From contig CAWJMB010000001.1 in the NCBI GenBank assembly GCA_963843845.1, forward strand, positions 64,001-128,000: 64,000 nucleotides of DNA. The letters run 5' to 3'. The notes beneath the pieces are model-generated. The model was not told the DNA's origin. It did no database searches and saw only the letters and a program-made list of their open reading frames with translations. Made by a program: the position numbers and the translations under genes. Source of the stretch: an uncultured Gemmatimonadaceae bacterium (GTDB lineage Bacteria > Gemmatimonadota > Gemmatimonadetes > Gemmatimonadales > Gemmatimonadaceae). Positions 43,088-52,458 of this stretch are shown here, piece after piece. The stretch's first letter is position 1. Every line of letters starts with the position of its first letter.

Positions 43088-44350
43088 TCAGTCGGGGTCG
43101 GTCGTACGCGGAAGCGGCGGCGGGAAATGTCCGATGTCCGCCAGCGCGTTGACCTCGACCCAGCGGCGGAAGAACGGGTCGTCAAAACGGTAGTCGGCGG
43201 TTCCGTTCGTCTCGCCACCCGTGGTGCCGTGGCGCACCAGCACCTCGCGCGCGAGGAGATCGTCGAGCGTACTGCTGACGGTGCTCTTCGCGCCGAGGCT
43301 GTACGCGCGCAGCGTGTCGGCGGCGAGGAGCCGTGCGGCCGGGTCCGCCGCGAGCGCGAGCAGCACGCGGCGGCCGGTCTCGGTGAGGCCGTCCCACTGC
43401 CGTTGATGCAGCGCCGCTTGCTCGCGCACCAGCACATCCATCGCGTCTGCCGCGGCGTCGCGCGCGACCACGCCGCCGGGCTGCGCGAGGTCCCACGTCG
43501 CCCTGGCGAGTTGCACGATGTCGCGCGTGCGCGGCCCGGCGAGTCGCGCGATCGCGGCGGCCGTGATGATGTCGACGGCCACGCCGCTCGTGGTCGCGCG
43601 CTCCGCGATCCACGCCGCCAAGTCGGTCGCCGGGATCGGCCCCATGTCGAGCACGTCGACGACCTTCCAGAGGCCGGCTTTCCGGTTCTCGAGCATCTGC
43701 TCGATCAGCGCGCGCTCCGATCCGGCGAGGACGTAACCGATTCGGCGGTGCCGCTCCAGCGCCGCTTTCATCTGCCACGCGACGTCGTCGCCGTACCAAC
43801 GGCCGAGGCGCTGAAACTCGTCGAGCGCGAGTCCGATCGTGACACCGCGCGCGTCCAGTTCCTCCTCGATCGCGTCGAGGACGCTCGTGACGACGAGGGG
43901 GTCGCGCGCATCGACGGTCGGCGATACCTGGAAGCTGACGCTCGGCTGACCGGTCGCGTCGGTCGCACCGGTGAGCGTGAAGCTGCCAGGACGCAGGCGC
44001 GCGAGCAGGCGCGTCGCGACGTCGCGCCACCGTTCGCCGATCTCTCGATGGACTGCGGCGAGAATGCGCTGTGCTGCCGCGGGGGCGCTCGACGCGCTGG
44101 CGAGATCGACGATCGCGACAGGCAGACCGTCTCCGCGTGCCTCCGTCGCGGCCGCCTGAATCGCCGACGATTTCCCGAGCCGACGGTCGCCGTACACGAG
44201 CAGCCGGGTTCCCGGATCCCGAAATGCGGCGCTGATGCGCGCGACTTCGCGAACGCGATCGCAGAACGCGGCTCCCTCGGCGTGTCGGCCGATGATGAAC
44301 GGATTCTGCGCATTGGCGGGCAAGGGCGTCGTACTGCGGTGAGCCAACAC
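43088..44350 (-). CDS. Archaeal-type/STAND-like P-loop ATPase with C-terminal winged helix
   Basis: NPF..G, FCDR, YGDRRLGKSS, LDEFQ, YRFDDPFFRRW. Confidence 0.85.
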   Translation of the reverse strand: MLAHRSTTPLPANAQNPFIIGRHAEGAAFCDRVREVARISAAFRDPGTRLLVYGDRRLGKSSAIQAAATEARGDGLPVAIVDLASASSAPAAAQRILAAVHREIGERWRDVATRLLARLRPGSFTLTGATDATGQPSVSFQVSPTVDARDPLVVTSVLDAIEEELDARGVTIGLALDEFQRLGRWYGDDVAWQMKAALERHRRIGYVLAGSERALIEQMLENRKAGLWKVVDVLDMGPIPATDLAAWIAERATTSGVAVDIITAAAIARLAGPRTRDIVQLARATWDLAQPGGVVARDAAADAMDVLVREQAALHQRQWDGLTETGRRVLLALAADPAARLLAADTLRAYSLGAKSTVSSTLDDLLAREVLVRHGTTGGETNGTADYRFDDPFFRRWVEVNALADIGHFPPPLPRTTDPD

Positions 44351-44355
44351 GGCCT

Positions 44356-44406
44356 CCGGTTCGGTTTTTTCGGTCCGGAAAGTTCGGACCGATAAATCTG
44401 AACCGG
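44356..44406. repeat. 51-bp imperfect inverted repeat upstream of the ATPase
   Basis: CCGGTTCGGTTTTTTCGGTCCG-GAAAGTT-CGGACCGATAAATCTGAACCGG (22-bp arms, 3 mismatches). Confidence 0.8.
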
Positions 44407-44428
44407 TCCGGCCGACTTCGCCAGCCGT

Positions 44429-47146
44429 CTATCCGTCGCGGAGCGCGCTCACCGGATCCACCCGGCTCGCGCGCCACGCCGGCGCGAACGCCGAGCCCAC
44501 CGCGACGACGAGCAGCGTGACGACGACGGCCGCGAGCACCGCCGGGTCGACCGCCTCGACTCCGCTCAGCGCCGCCGCGAGCACCCGCCCCGTCGCCAGC
44601 GCCGCCGGCACGCCGAGCGCCAGGCCGACGGCAGCGAGCGCCAGCCCTTCGAGCACGACGCCGCGCACGACCTGCCCGCGCGCCGCGCCTAACGCGATGC
44701 GCACGCCGATCTCGGCGCGGCGCTGGGCGACGGTGTACGAGAGGACGCCGTAGACGCCGAGCGCGGCGAGGAGGAGTGCGGCGCCGGCGAACAGCGACAG
44801 CAGCAGCGCGTTGAAGCGCGGCTCGGCCGACGACTCGGCGACGAGGTCGGACATCGCGCGGAGCGGCTCGACGGGGAGCTGCGGGTCGACCGACCAGACG
44901 GCGCGGCGAACGGCGGCGTCGAGCGCGGCGAGGCCTCGCTCGCCCTGCGCCGCGTGCGCGACGACGAGCCACATGTCGGCCATCGGGAACTGCGCATGCG
45001 GGAAGTAGAGCGCGGGTCCGGGTGCCGACCCTCGTCCCATGAACGGCTCGTCGTCGACGACGCCGACGATCTCGAACGTCGTCGGCTGGCCGGGCCACCA
45101 CGGCTCGCGGCGATCGACGCGGCGGCCCAACGGATTCGCCGAGCCGAAGTGACGGCGAGCGAACGCGCTGTTGACGACCGTCACGCCGGGTGTGTTGAGC
45201 TGGTCGGTCGCGGCGACGTCGCGCCCGCGGAGCAGACGCACGCCGGCGGCGCGGAAGTAGCCGGGCGAGACCGGGCGCAGCGTCGCCTCCGGCTCCGCGC
45301 CTACGCGCGGGGCCGGCTCCCCGACGATGACGTAGCTCGACGTCCACTGCGGGTCGAGCGGGTGGCCGTAGGCGAGCGACGCGGCGCGCACGGTCGGCAG
45401 CGCGGCGACGCGCGCGCGGATCGCGTCGTAGGCGAGTGTGACGCGCGCGGCGGTGTCGTAGCGTGTCTCGGGGAGGTGCAGTTGCACGACGGCGAGGCCG
45501 GCCGGCTCGAAGCGCAGGTCGGTGTGCGTGAGGCGCCAGAGCCCCTGCGTCAGCAGCCCCGCGCCGCTCACGAGCACGGTCGCGAGCGCGATCTCGGCCG
45601 TCACCAGCACGTGGCGGGCGCGGCGGCGCGTGCGGCCGGCGGTCGCGGCGCGGGCGTCGCGCAACGACTGATAGCCGCCCTGCGACCGCGAGCCGCGGGC
45701 GAACGCGGGGAGCGCGCCGAACAGCAACCCCGTTGCAACTGACACCGCGGCGAGGAAGAGCAACACGCGCCCGTCGATCGTGACCTCCTCGGCGCGGGGG
45801 ATCGTGCGCGGCGCGAGCAGGAGCAGCGCGCGCATCCCCACCCACGCGACGCCCGCGCCGGCGAGTCCACCGCCTAACGTGAGCAGGAAGCTCTCGGCCA
45901 TCCACTGCCGCAGCAGATGGCCGCGGCCGGCGCCGAGCGCGGCGCGCACCGCCATCTCGCGCTCGCGCGACGCGGCGCGCGCGAGCAGCAGCCCGGCGAG
46001 GTTCGTGCAGCCGACGACGAGGACGAGCGCGACGGCGGCGAGCAGCACGAGCAGCGCGGGGCGTACGGGTGCGACCATCTCGTCGCGGAGCGAGGCGACG
46101 TGTGCGCCGCGCTGCGTGTTCGACTCCGGGTACTGTGCTTCGAGCGCTCGCGCGATCGCGCTGATCTCGGCCTGCACGCCGGCGAGCGTGGCGGTCGGCG
46201 CGAGGCGGCCGACGATGGTGAGGCGGTGCGCGCCGCGCGCGCGGTCGATCGGACTCGGCACGAACGGTCGCCAGAGGTCGACGTCGCGCACGATCGGGTT
46301 CGCGGGCATCACGCCGACGACCGTGACGGGCGCCCCGTCGAGGGTGACGGCGCGGCCGACGACACCCGCGTCGCCGCCGTAGCGTCGGCGCCAGAGGCGG
46401 TCGCTCAGCAGTACGACCTCCGCCGCGCCGGGCTTCACGTCGTCCGCGCCGATCGGGCGGCCGAGGGCGGGCGGGGTGCCTAACGTTCGCGCCCAGTTGT
46501 CGGTGACGAACGCGACCTCGAGGCGCGCCGGCTCGGTGCCCGGCGCGACGAGCGTCGTCTGCCAGGTGCGGATCGCCGCGAGCTCGGCGAAGCCGCGCGC
46601 CCGCGCGCGCATGTCCTCGTAATCGGGGTAGGACGACGACGCGCCGACTTTCTCCAACGCCCCTCCCGTCGCGACGCCTTCGACGCGGACGACGCGGTCG
46701 GGCTCGGGGAGGGCGAGCGGGCGCAGCAGCACCCCATCGACGACGCTGAAGATCGCCGTCGTCGCGCCGATGCCCAAGGCGAGCGTGAGCATGGTGACGA
46801 GCGCGAAGCCGGGGCGGCGACTGAGCGAGCGGAGCGCGTAGCGCACGTCGAGCGGAAGCGTCATCGGAGTGTCGTCGTGAAGGCGGAGCCAGAGCGCGTC
46901 GGTCGTGGCGCCGAGGCTGCGGAGGACGAGGCGGGCGGCGGTGCGCGCTGGCGGCTCCGCGCGGCGCTCGGCGTCGCGCGCGCTCCACGCGAGCTCGCCG
47001 TGCCACTCGGCGAGCCAGTCGGCGCGGCGGTCGTGCGGTACGAGCCAGGCGAGCGCGCGCACGACGGCGAACCCCGGGGGGCGATCCGTGTCGGACGCGT
47101 CGTCGCGCGCGTCGGGTGCGTCGCGCGACGTGCGGGGCGGGTTCAT
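44429..47146 (-). CDS. ADOP-family duplicated ABC permease
   Basis: DVRYALRSL..PGF, LALGIGATTAIFSVV, REMAVRAALGAGR, EIGVRIALGA, RASRVDP. Confidence 0.92.
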   Translation of the reverse strand: MNPPRTSRDAPDARDDASDTDRPPGFAVVRALAWLVPHDRRADWLAEWHGELAWSARDAERRAEPPARTAARLVLRSLGATTDALWLRLHDDTPMTLPLDVRYALRSLSRRPGFALVTMLTLALGIGATTAIFSVVDGVLLRPLALPEPDRVVRVEGVATGGALEKVGASSSYPDYEDMRARARGFAELAAIRTWQTTLVAPGTEPARLEVAFVTDNWARTLGTPPALGRPIGADDVKPGAAEVVLLSDRLWRRRYGGDAGVVGRAVTLDGAPVTVVGVMPANPIVRDVDLWRPFVPSPIDRARGAHRLTIVGRLAPTATLAGVQAEISAIARALEAQYPESNTQRGAHVASLRDEMVAPVRPALLVLLAAVALVLVVGCTNLAGLLLARAASREREMAVRAALGAGRGHLLRQWMAESFLLTLGGGLAGAGVAWVGMRALLLLAPRTIPRAEEVTIDGRVLLFLAAVSVATGLLFGALPAFARGSRSQGGYQSLRDARAATAGRTRRRARHVLVTAEIALATVLVSGAGLLTQGLWRLTHTDLRFEPAGLAVVQLHLPETRYDTAARVTLAYDAIRARVAALPTVRAASLAYGHPLDPQWTSSYVIVGEPAPRVGAEPEATLRPVSPGYFRAAGVRLLRGRDVAATDQLNTPGVTVVNSAFARRHFGSANPLGRRVDRREPWWPGQPTTFEIVGVVDDEPFMGRGSAPGPALYFPHAQFPMADMWLVVAHAAQGERGLAALDAAVRRAVWSVDPQLPVEPLRAMSDLVAESSAEPRFNALLLSLFAGAALLLAALGVYGVLSYTVAQRRAEIGVRIALGAARGQVVRGVVLEGLALAAVGLALGVPAALATGRVLAAALSGVEAVDPAVLAAVVVTLLVVAVGSAFAPAWRASRVDPVSALRDG

Positions 47147-47439
47147 GCGAGACGCGGCGCCGGCGCGGCCGCGAGGTCGGGGTGGCGCGCCAGGGCGTCG
47201 TGCAGCGCGTCGGCGCCGGCGCCGGTGAGCTCGTAGTAGCGTCGCGGCGGGCGCCCCTCGGTCCGCGCGATCTGCACGGACTCCCACCGCGAGCGCACGA
47301 GCCCTCCGCGCTCGAGGCGGCGCAGAATCGGATAGACGGTGCCGCTCGGCAGGCCGGTCGCGTCGAGGGCGTCGAAGCCGTGGCGCACGCCGTGGGCGAG
47401 CGCGAGCAGCACGAGGGCAGTCGGTCGCGTGAGCCGCAC
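47143..47439 (-). CDS. PadR-family regulator
   Basis: HGF, GTVYPILRRLE, RRYYELT. Confidence 0.9.
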   Translation of the reverse strand: MRLTRPTALVLLALAHGVRHGFDALDATGLPSGTVYPILRRLERGGLVRSRWESVQIARTEGRPPRRYYELTGAGADALHDALARHPDLAAAPAPRLA

Positions 47440-47467
47440 GGCGCGAGGGCGAGAGGAACCGAACTAC

Positions 47468-47483
47468 CTCTACCTATGTAGAG
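47468..47483. promoter_or_regulatory. Candidate PadR operator CTCTAC-N4-GTAGAG
   Basis: Palindrome about 30 bp upstream of padR. Confidence 0.55.
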
Positions 47484-47545
47484 TTTCGCGCCTCCCGTCA
47501 AGGCTCGACGCTCGTGCCACGGTCACGTCGCGCCGTGCGCGGCGC

Positions 47546-47926
47546 TCAGCGCGAGCCCGCGGGGAGCACCGAGAGCGTGCTGAGCGACGCCGGCAGCGTC
47601 ACCTCGACGCGGTCCCCCTCGCGGATCGAGAAGTTGCCGCTGCTGACCGCGCGGCCGCTCGCGAAGATGCGCGCGATGATGTTGACCGTGCCGAGCCCGC
47701 CGATGACCGTCGACGGCAGTCGGAGCGACTCGGTCCGGCCAGCCTGGACGACGCCGATGCGCGTCGGCGTCGTGCTCGGCCGCTGCGCGTAGATCTCGGC
47801 CTGCTCGATCGACTCGTTGCGGAAGACGATGGTCGCCGCGGGGCCCGACCCGCGCCGCGTGGCACCGCAGGCGGCGGACGACGCGAGCAGCACGCCGACG
47901 GCGAGGGTGCGAAGGGAGCTATGCAT
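47546..47926 (-). CDS. Small lipoprotein
   Basis: MHSSLRTLAVGVLLASSAAC lipobox; beta-rich mature part. Confidence 0.65.
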   Translation of the reverse strand: MHSSLRTLAVGVLLASSAACGATRRGSGPAATIVFRNESIEQAEIYAQRPSTTPTRIGVVQAGRTESLRLPSTVIGGLGTVNIIARIFASGRAVSSGNFSIREGDRVEVTLPASLSTLSVLPAGSR

Positions 47927-47946
47927 GGATGTCCAGTACGCAGTAG

Positions 47947-48267
47947 TCACGCCGCCGGCGCGTCGCGCCGCGGCTCGTAGGTCAACGCGAAGTCCACTTC
48001 GTCGACGTAGCACCACCCCCACTGCTCTCCGGGCTCGAGCGAGCCGACGAGCGGGTGCCCCGTGGCGTGAAAGTGTTTCGTCGCGTGCGTGTTCGGCGAC
48101 GAGTCGCAGCAGCCGACGTGTCCGCACTCCAGGCAGGCGCGCAGGTGGACCCAGCGCGCGCCGGTCGCGAGACACGACTCGCAGCCACGTACGTGCGGCG
48201 CCGGCGGGGCAGCGAGACGAGCGGCGTGGTCGCATGGCGCGTCGACGACGGGATGGGGGTGTGACAC
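47947..48267 (-). CDS. zf-UBP zinc finger protein
   Basis: GCESCL, WVHLRACLECGHVGCCDSS, HATKHF, WCYVDE. Confidence 0.9.
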   Translation of the reverse strand: MSHPHPVVDAPCDHAARLAAPPAPHVRGCESCLATGARWVHLRACLECGHVGCCDSSPNTHATKHFHATGHPLVGSLEPGEQWGWCYVDEVDFALTYEPRRDAPAA

Positions 48268-48296
48268 GACTCGGCTCCGCGGTGTGAAGGAGATCG

Positions 48297-50007
48297 TCAG
48301 GCCTCGGCGAGATAGCGGTGCGTGAACTGTACGGCGATCGCCCCCTCGCCGGCTGCCGACGCGACGCGCTTCACGCTCTGGTGGCGCACGTCGCCCGCGC
48401 AGAGCAGGCCGGGGACGTTGGTCTCGAGCAGGAACGGCTCGCGGTCGAGCGGCCAGCCGGGGACGTGCCAGCGCGGCCGTTCGCCCGGCCCCGTCGCGGC
48501 ACCCGTCGCCGCCTCGCGGCGCAGGTCCGCGCCGGTGAGCACGAAGCCGTGATCGTCGCGCTGCACCACCCCGTCGAGCCAGTCCGTGCGCGGCGCGGCG
48601 CCGATGAACACGAACAGCGACGATGCGGGGACCTCGGAGCGCGCGCCGTCCGCGCACAGCAGCGTGAGACGTTCGAGGTGCGCGTCGCCGTGCGCCTCGA
48701 CGATCCGCGTGCGCGGCTGGACGGTGATGATCGGCGTCGCGGCGATCTGTTCGATCAGGTATTGCGACATCGTCTCGGCGAGTCCGGCGCCGCGCACGAG
48801 GATGTGCACGGCGCTCGCGTAGCGCGCGAAGTACATCGCCGCCTGCCCCGCGGAGTTGCCGCCGCCGACGACGTAGACGGCCTCGTCGCGGCAGCTCATC
48901 GCCTCGGTCGTCGACGCGCCGTAGTACACGCCGCGCCCCGTGAGCCGCTCGGCGCCGGGCACATCCAACGTGCGGTACGACACGCCCGTGGCGACGAGCA
49001 CTGCCTTCGCCGAGACCTCGCTGCCGTCGCCGAGCGTGAGGATCTTGTAGCCGTGCGCGCCCGGTGCCCCCTCGACGCGGAGCGCGCGCGCCGTCTGCGG
49101 CGTGAGCAGCTCGGCCCCGAACTTCCGCGCCTGCGCGACGGCGCGTCGCGCGAGGTCGGCGCCGGTGAGGCCGGCAGGGAAGCCCAGGTAGTTCTCGATG
49201 TTGCTGCTCGTGCCGGCCTGCCCGCCCGGCGCCTCGCGCTCGACGAGCAGCGTCTTGAGCCCCTCGCTGGCGCCGTAGACGGCGGCCGCGAGCCCCGCCG
49301 GTCCCGCGCCGGCGACGACGAGGTCGTAGAAGGGCCGCTCGGCGCGCGTGCGGAGCCCGATGCTCGCCGCGAGCGTGCCGAGGTCCGGACGCGACAGCAC
49401 CGCGCCCGAGGGAACGACTACGGCGGGGAGCGCCGGGTCGCCGGCCTGCCGCACCACCTGCCGCGCCTCGTCGCTCTGCTCCGGGTCGAGCCACCGGAAC
49501 GGCACGAGGTTGCGGCCGAGAAAGTCGCGCACCGCATGCGCGTCCGCGTCCCAGCGCGCGCCGAGCACCGTGACCCCTTCGTACTTCGGACGCCACGCGT
49601 CGCGCCAGTCGGCGAGCAGCTCGTCGAGGTACGGGTACAGGTGCTGCTCGGGCGGGTCCCACGGCTTCATCAGGTAGTAGTGAATGTGCACCTGATTGAT
49701 CGCGCGGATCGCGGCGTCGGTGTCGGCGTACGCGGTGAGCAGAACGCGCCTCGCCGACGGCGCGACCTCGGTCGCGCGCTCGAGGAACTCGACGCCGGTC
49801 ATCGCCGGCATGCGCTGGTCCGCGAGCAGCAAGCGCGATCGGGTCGCCGCGCTCGGCCACGCGCCGGAGCACGTCGAGCGCGGCGGCGCCGGACTCGGCG
49901 CGCATCACGCGGTAGTCGGCGCCGTAGCGCACGCGCAGATCGCGCTCGATCGCGCGCGAGACGTCTGCGTCGTCGTCGACGCTGAGGAGTACGGGCTTCG
50001 CTGCCAT
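48297..50007 (-). CDS. Receiver domain-thioredoxin reductase fusion (frameshift near 49835)
   Basis: VDDD, DQRMP, LLTAYAD, KPW; GAGPAG, IENYLGFP, GGGNSAGQAA, AGDVR. Confidence 0.9.
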
Positions 50008-50019
50008 GACCGGTCCGCG

Positions 50020-51504
50020 TTAGGCGCCCGCGACCGGCAGGCGTACGGTGAAATGCGTGTCGCCCGGCGCCGAGGCGAGCGTGATCGTGCCGCCGTGCTG
50101 GCGCTCGACGATGCGGCGCACGATGTCGAGCCCGAGCCCGGTGCCGTGCCCGACGTCCTTCGTCGTGTAGAACGGCTCCCAGATGCGGGCACGAATCGCG
50201 TCGGGCACGCCGCCGCCGTTGTCGGCGACGTCGATCGCGACGTGGTCGCCGTCGTGCCAGGCGCGGATCGTCACCGTCGCGTTCGGCGCCGCAGTCGCCG
50301 CGTCGATCGCGTTGTCGACGAGGTTCGTCCACACTTGGTTCAGCTCGCCGGTGCGACCCGCAACGCGCGGCAGGTCGTCGGGGACGTCGCGCGCGAGCGT
50401 GACACGGCGATCGCGCAGGCGGTGGGCGAGCAGCGTGAGCGCGCCGTCGAGCCCCGCGCGCACGTCGACCGGCTCGACGACCTGGGCGCGGTCCATGTGC
50501 GTGTAGCTCTTCACCGCGCCGACGAGCGCGCCGATGCGCGCCGTCGCGCTCTCGACGACGCGCAAGCTCGCGTCGAGCGCGAGCTCGGCCTCGAGCCACG
50601 CGAGCGCCGCGCCGAGTGCGTGTGGCGCGAGGTCGGCGAGCCGCTCGCCAAGCCGCTCGCCGAGCGTGTCGGCGGTGAGCCGGGCGTCGGCGAGTCCGGC
50701 GGCGAGCGCCCACGCGTCGCGGTCGGGGGCGGCGTCGCGAATCCAGTCGGCGAGCGCCTCCTCGCGGTCAGCGCGATCGAGCGCGTCGTCGGCGGGCGCG
50801 GGGGCGTCGCGCGCCTCGCGGTCGCGGCGCTCCACGACGCTCCGCCGCAGATCGTCGAGCGCCGCGAACGCGCCGGCGCCCCCATGCGGTTTCGCGTGGG
50901 GCTCGCGCGGCGCGGCGCCGCTCGGCGCGACGAGCGCGCCGAGTTCGGCGGCGTAGGCCGCGGCGTCGGCGGCGCGGCGGCGGGCGTCGGCGGCGGCGCG
51001 GCGCGCGGCGGCGGCCGGATTGTTCAGCTCGTGCGCGAGCCCCGCGGAGAGGCGGCCGAGCGCGCTCAGCGTCTCGACCTGCTGGTCGCGTCGCGTCGTC
51101 TCGCGAACGCGGTCGGTGAGCAGCGCGACCAGCTTCGGCTCGAGCGACGGCACGGCGTGGAGCAGCGCGTCGAACGCCTCTCGCGGAAAGCGCGCGACGC
51201 GCACGTCCGTCACGGCGCGCCCGCTCGCCGTGAAGCGCTCCATGCGCGAGAAGGGGACCACCCCGAATGTGTCGCCCGCGCGGGCGACGAACGTGGGCGC
51301 GGCCGGCGCGTCGGGGCGCCGCGCCTCGAGCGTGCCGTCGAGCGTGAAGTACATCGCGTCGGCCGCGGCGCCGGCCTCGAACAACGTGGCCCCGGCGTCG
51401 ACGGCGATCAGCTCGCAGCGCGCCGCGATCCACGCGAGCGCGTCGTCGTCGAGATCGGCGAGCACCGCGACGTGGCGCAGCTCGTCGGGGCTGGGACGGG
51501 TCAT
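50020..51504 (-). CDS. cNMP-binding-domain histidine kinase
   Basis: N-terminal CAP-like domain; AGLAHELNNP, NQVWTNLVDNA, GTGLGL. Confidence 0.9.
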   Translation of the reverse strand: MTRPSPDELRHVAVLADLDDDALAWIAARCELIAVDAGATLFEAGAAADAMYFTLDGTLEARRPDAPAAPTFVARAGDTFGVVPFSRMERFTASGRAVTDVRVARFPREAFDALLHAVPSLEPKLVALLTDRVRETTRRDQQVETLSALGRLSAGLAHELNNPAAAARRAAADARRRAADAAAYAAELGALVAPSGAAPREPHAKPHGGAGAFAALDDLRRSVVERRDREARDAPAPADDALDRADREEALADWIRDAAPDRDAWALAAGLADARLTADTLGERLGERLADLAPHALGAALAWLEAELALDASLRVVESATARIGALVGAVKSYTHMDRAQVVEPVDVRAGLDGALTLLAHRLRDRRVTLARDVPDDLPRVAGRTGELNQVWTNLVDNAIDAATAAPNATVTIRAWHDGDHVAIDVADNGGGVPDAIRARIWEPFYTTKDVGHGTGLGLDIVRRIVERQHGGTITLASAPGDTHFTVRLPVAGA

Positions 51505-51554
51505 GGGTCAGCGCACCTCGGCAGCCGCGCCGCCGGCAATCGCGCGCACCCCGC

Positions 51555-52337
51555 CTACCGCGTCACCCAGTGTCGCGCCGTCGTCCACGTCGCCGGCGCG
51601 AACAGCGCGTCGTCGAGCGGCACGTCGGCCTTCCACCCCGAGTACTCCTCGCGCTGCACGAGCCGTCCCCCGGCGCGGATGTCGATCGTCGTCGCGAGCC
51701 AGCCGCCGCCGAGCGGCACGTAGCCGCCTAACGCGACGTCCATCCCCGGACGCCCGTCGGCGCCGGCGAGGATCATGCGCACCGCGACGAACCGCTCCTG
51801 GTCGACCCACAGCTGCGGGGAGATCGTGTCGCCCGCCGCGGCGCCGAGGACCCAGACGGGGCGGCCGTTCGCGCGCGTCGAGCGGAGCTTCGCCATGTCG
51901 ATCCGCATCGGCGACATCTCGAGGACCGTGTTCAGCACCGGCTGGACATAGACGCCTTCGATGATCGGCAGGAACTCGTTGCCCCCCTCGCGCGCCGCGG
52001 CGAGCCGTCCGTCGCGCATCACCCACGTCGAGTCGACCGTGTAGAGCGTGCCGTTGCCGAGCGCGGGATCGCCGCGGTCGATGCGCAGCTGCACGCCGCG
52101 CGCGGTGTGCGCCATCGCCTCGTACCATGTCTCGACGCGCGTCGTGCCGTCCGCGGCGTGGATCGTCGTCTTCTGCGTGAACGTCAGCGTGCGGTACCAC
52201 TTGCCGGCGTAGTGGTCGTGCATCAGCCGGAGCAGCTGCCCGCCGTTCTTCGGCTCGGGGTGCGCGGCGAGCGTCGACGCGGCGATGGTCGGCGCGCCGA
52301 CGACGGCGGCGAGGAGGGCGAAGTGTGCGAGGCGCAT
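51555..52337 (-). CDS. Secreted hypothetical protein, LolA-like fold possible
   Basis: Signal peptide; WYRTLTFTQKT, WYEA, LRID. Confidence 0.65.
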   Translation of the reverse strand: MRLAHFALLAAVVGAPTIAASTLAAHPEPKNGGQLLRLMHDHYAGKWYRTLTFTQKTTIHAADGTTRVETWYEAMAHTARGVQLRIDRGDPALGNGTLYTVDSTWVMRDGRLAAAREGGNEFLPIIEGVYVQPVLNTVLEMSPMRIDMAKLRSTRANGRPVWVLGAAAGDTISPQLWVDQERFVAVRMILAGADGRPGMDVALGGYVPLGGGWLATTIDIRAGGRLVQREEYSGWKADVPLDDALFAPATWTTARHWVTR

Positions 52338-52458
52338 GACGATCGCGTGAGGGTGAGCCCTGAGTCTTGCCTCTCGTGGAGCGCCGCACAACTCTTTGCG
52401 CCGGCGCGCTGTCCAACGAGCGAGTTCCGCGCGCTCTCGATCCTCGACGCTCCGCTCC

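Noticed and set aside
43182..47501. Very long Arg/Ala-rich ORFs such as the 1439-aa frame
   Set aside because: Shadow frames of real genes in high-GC DNA
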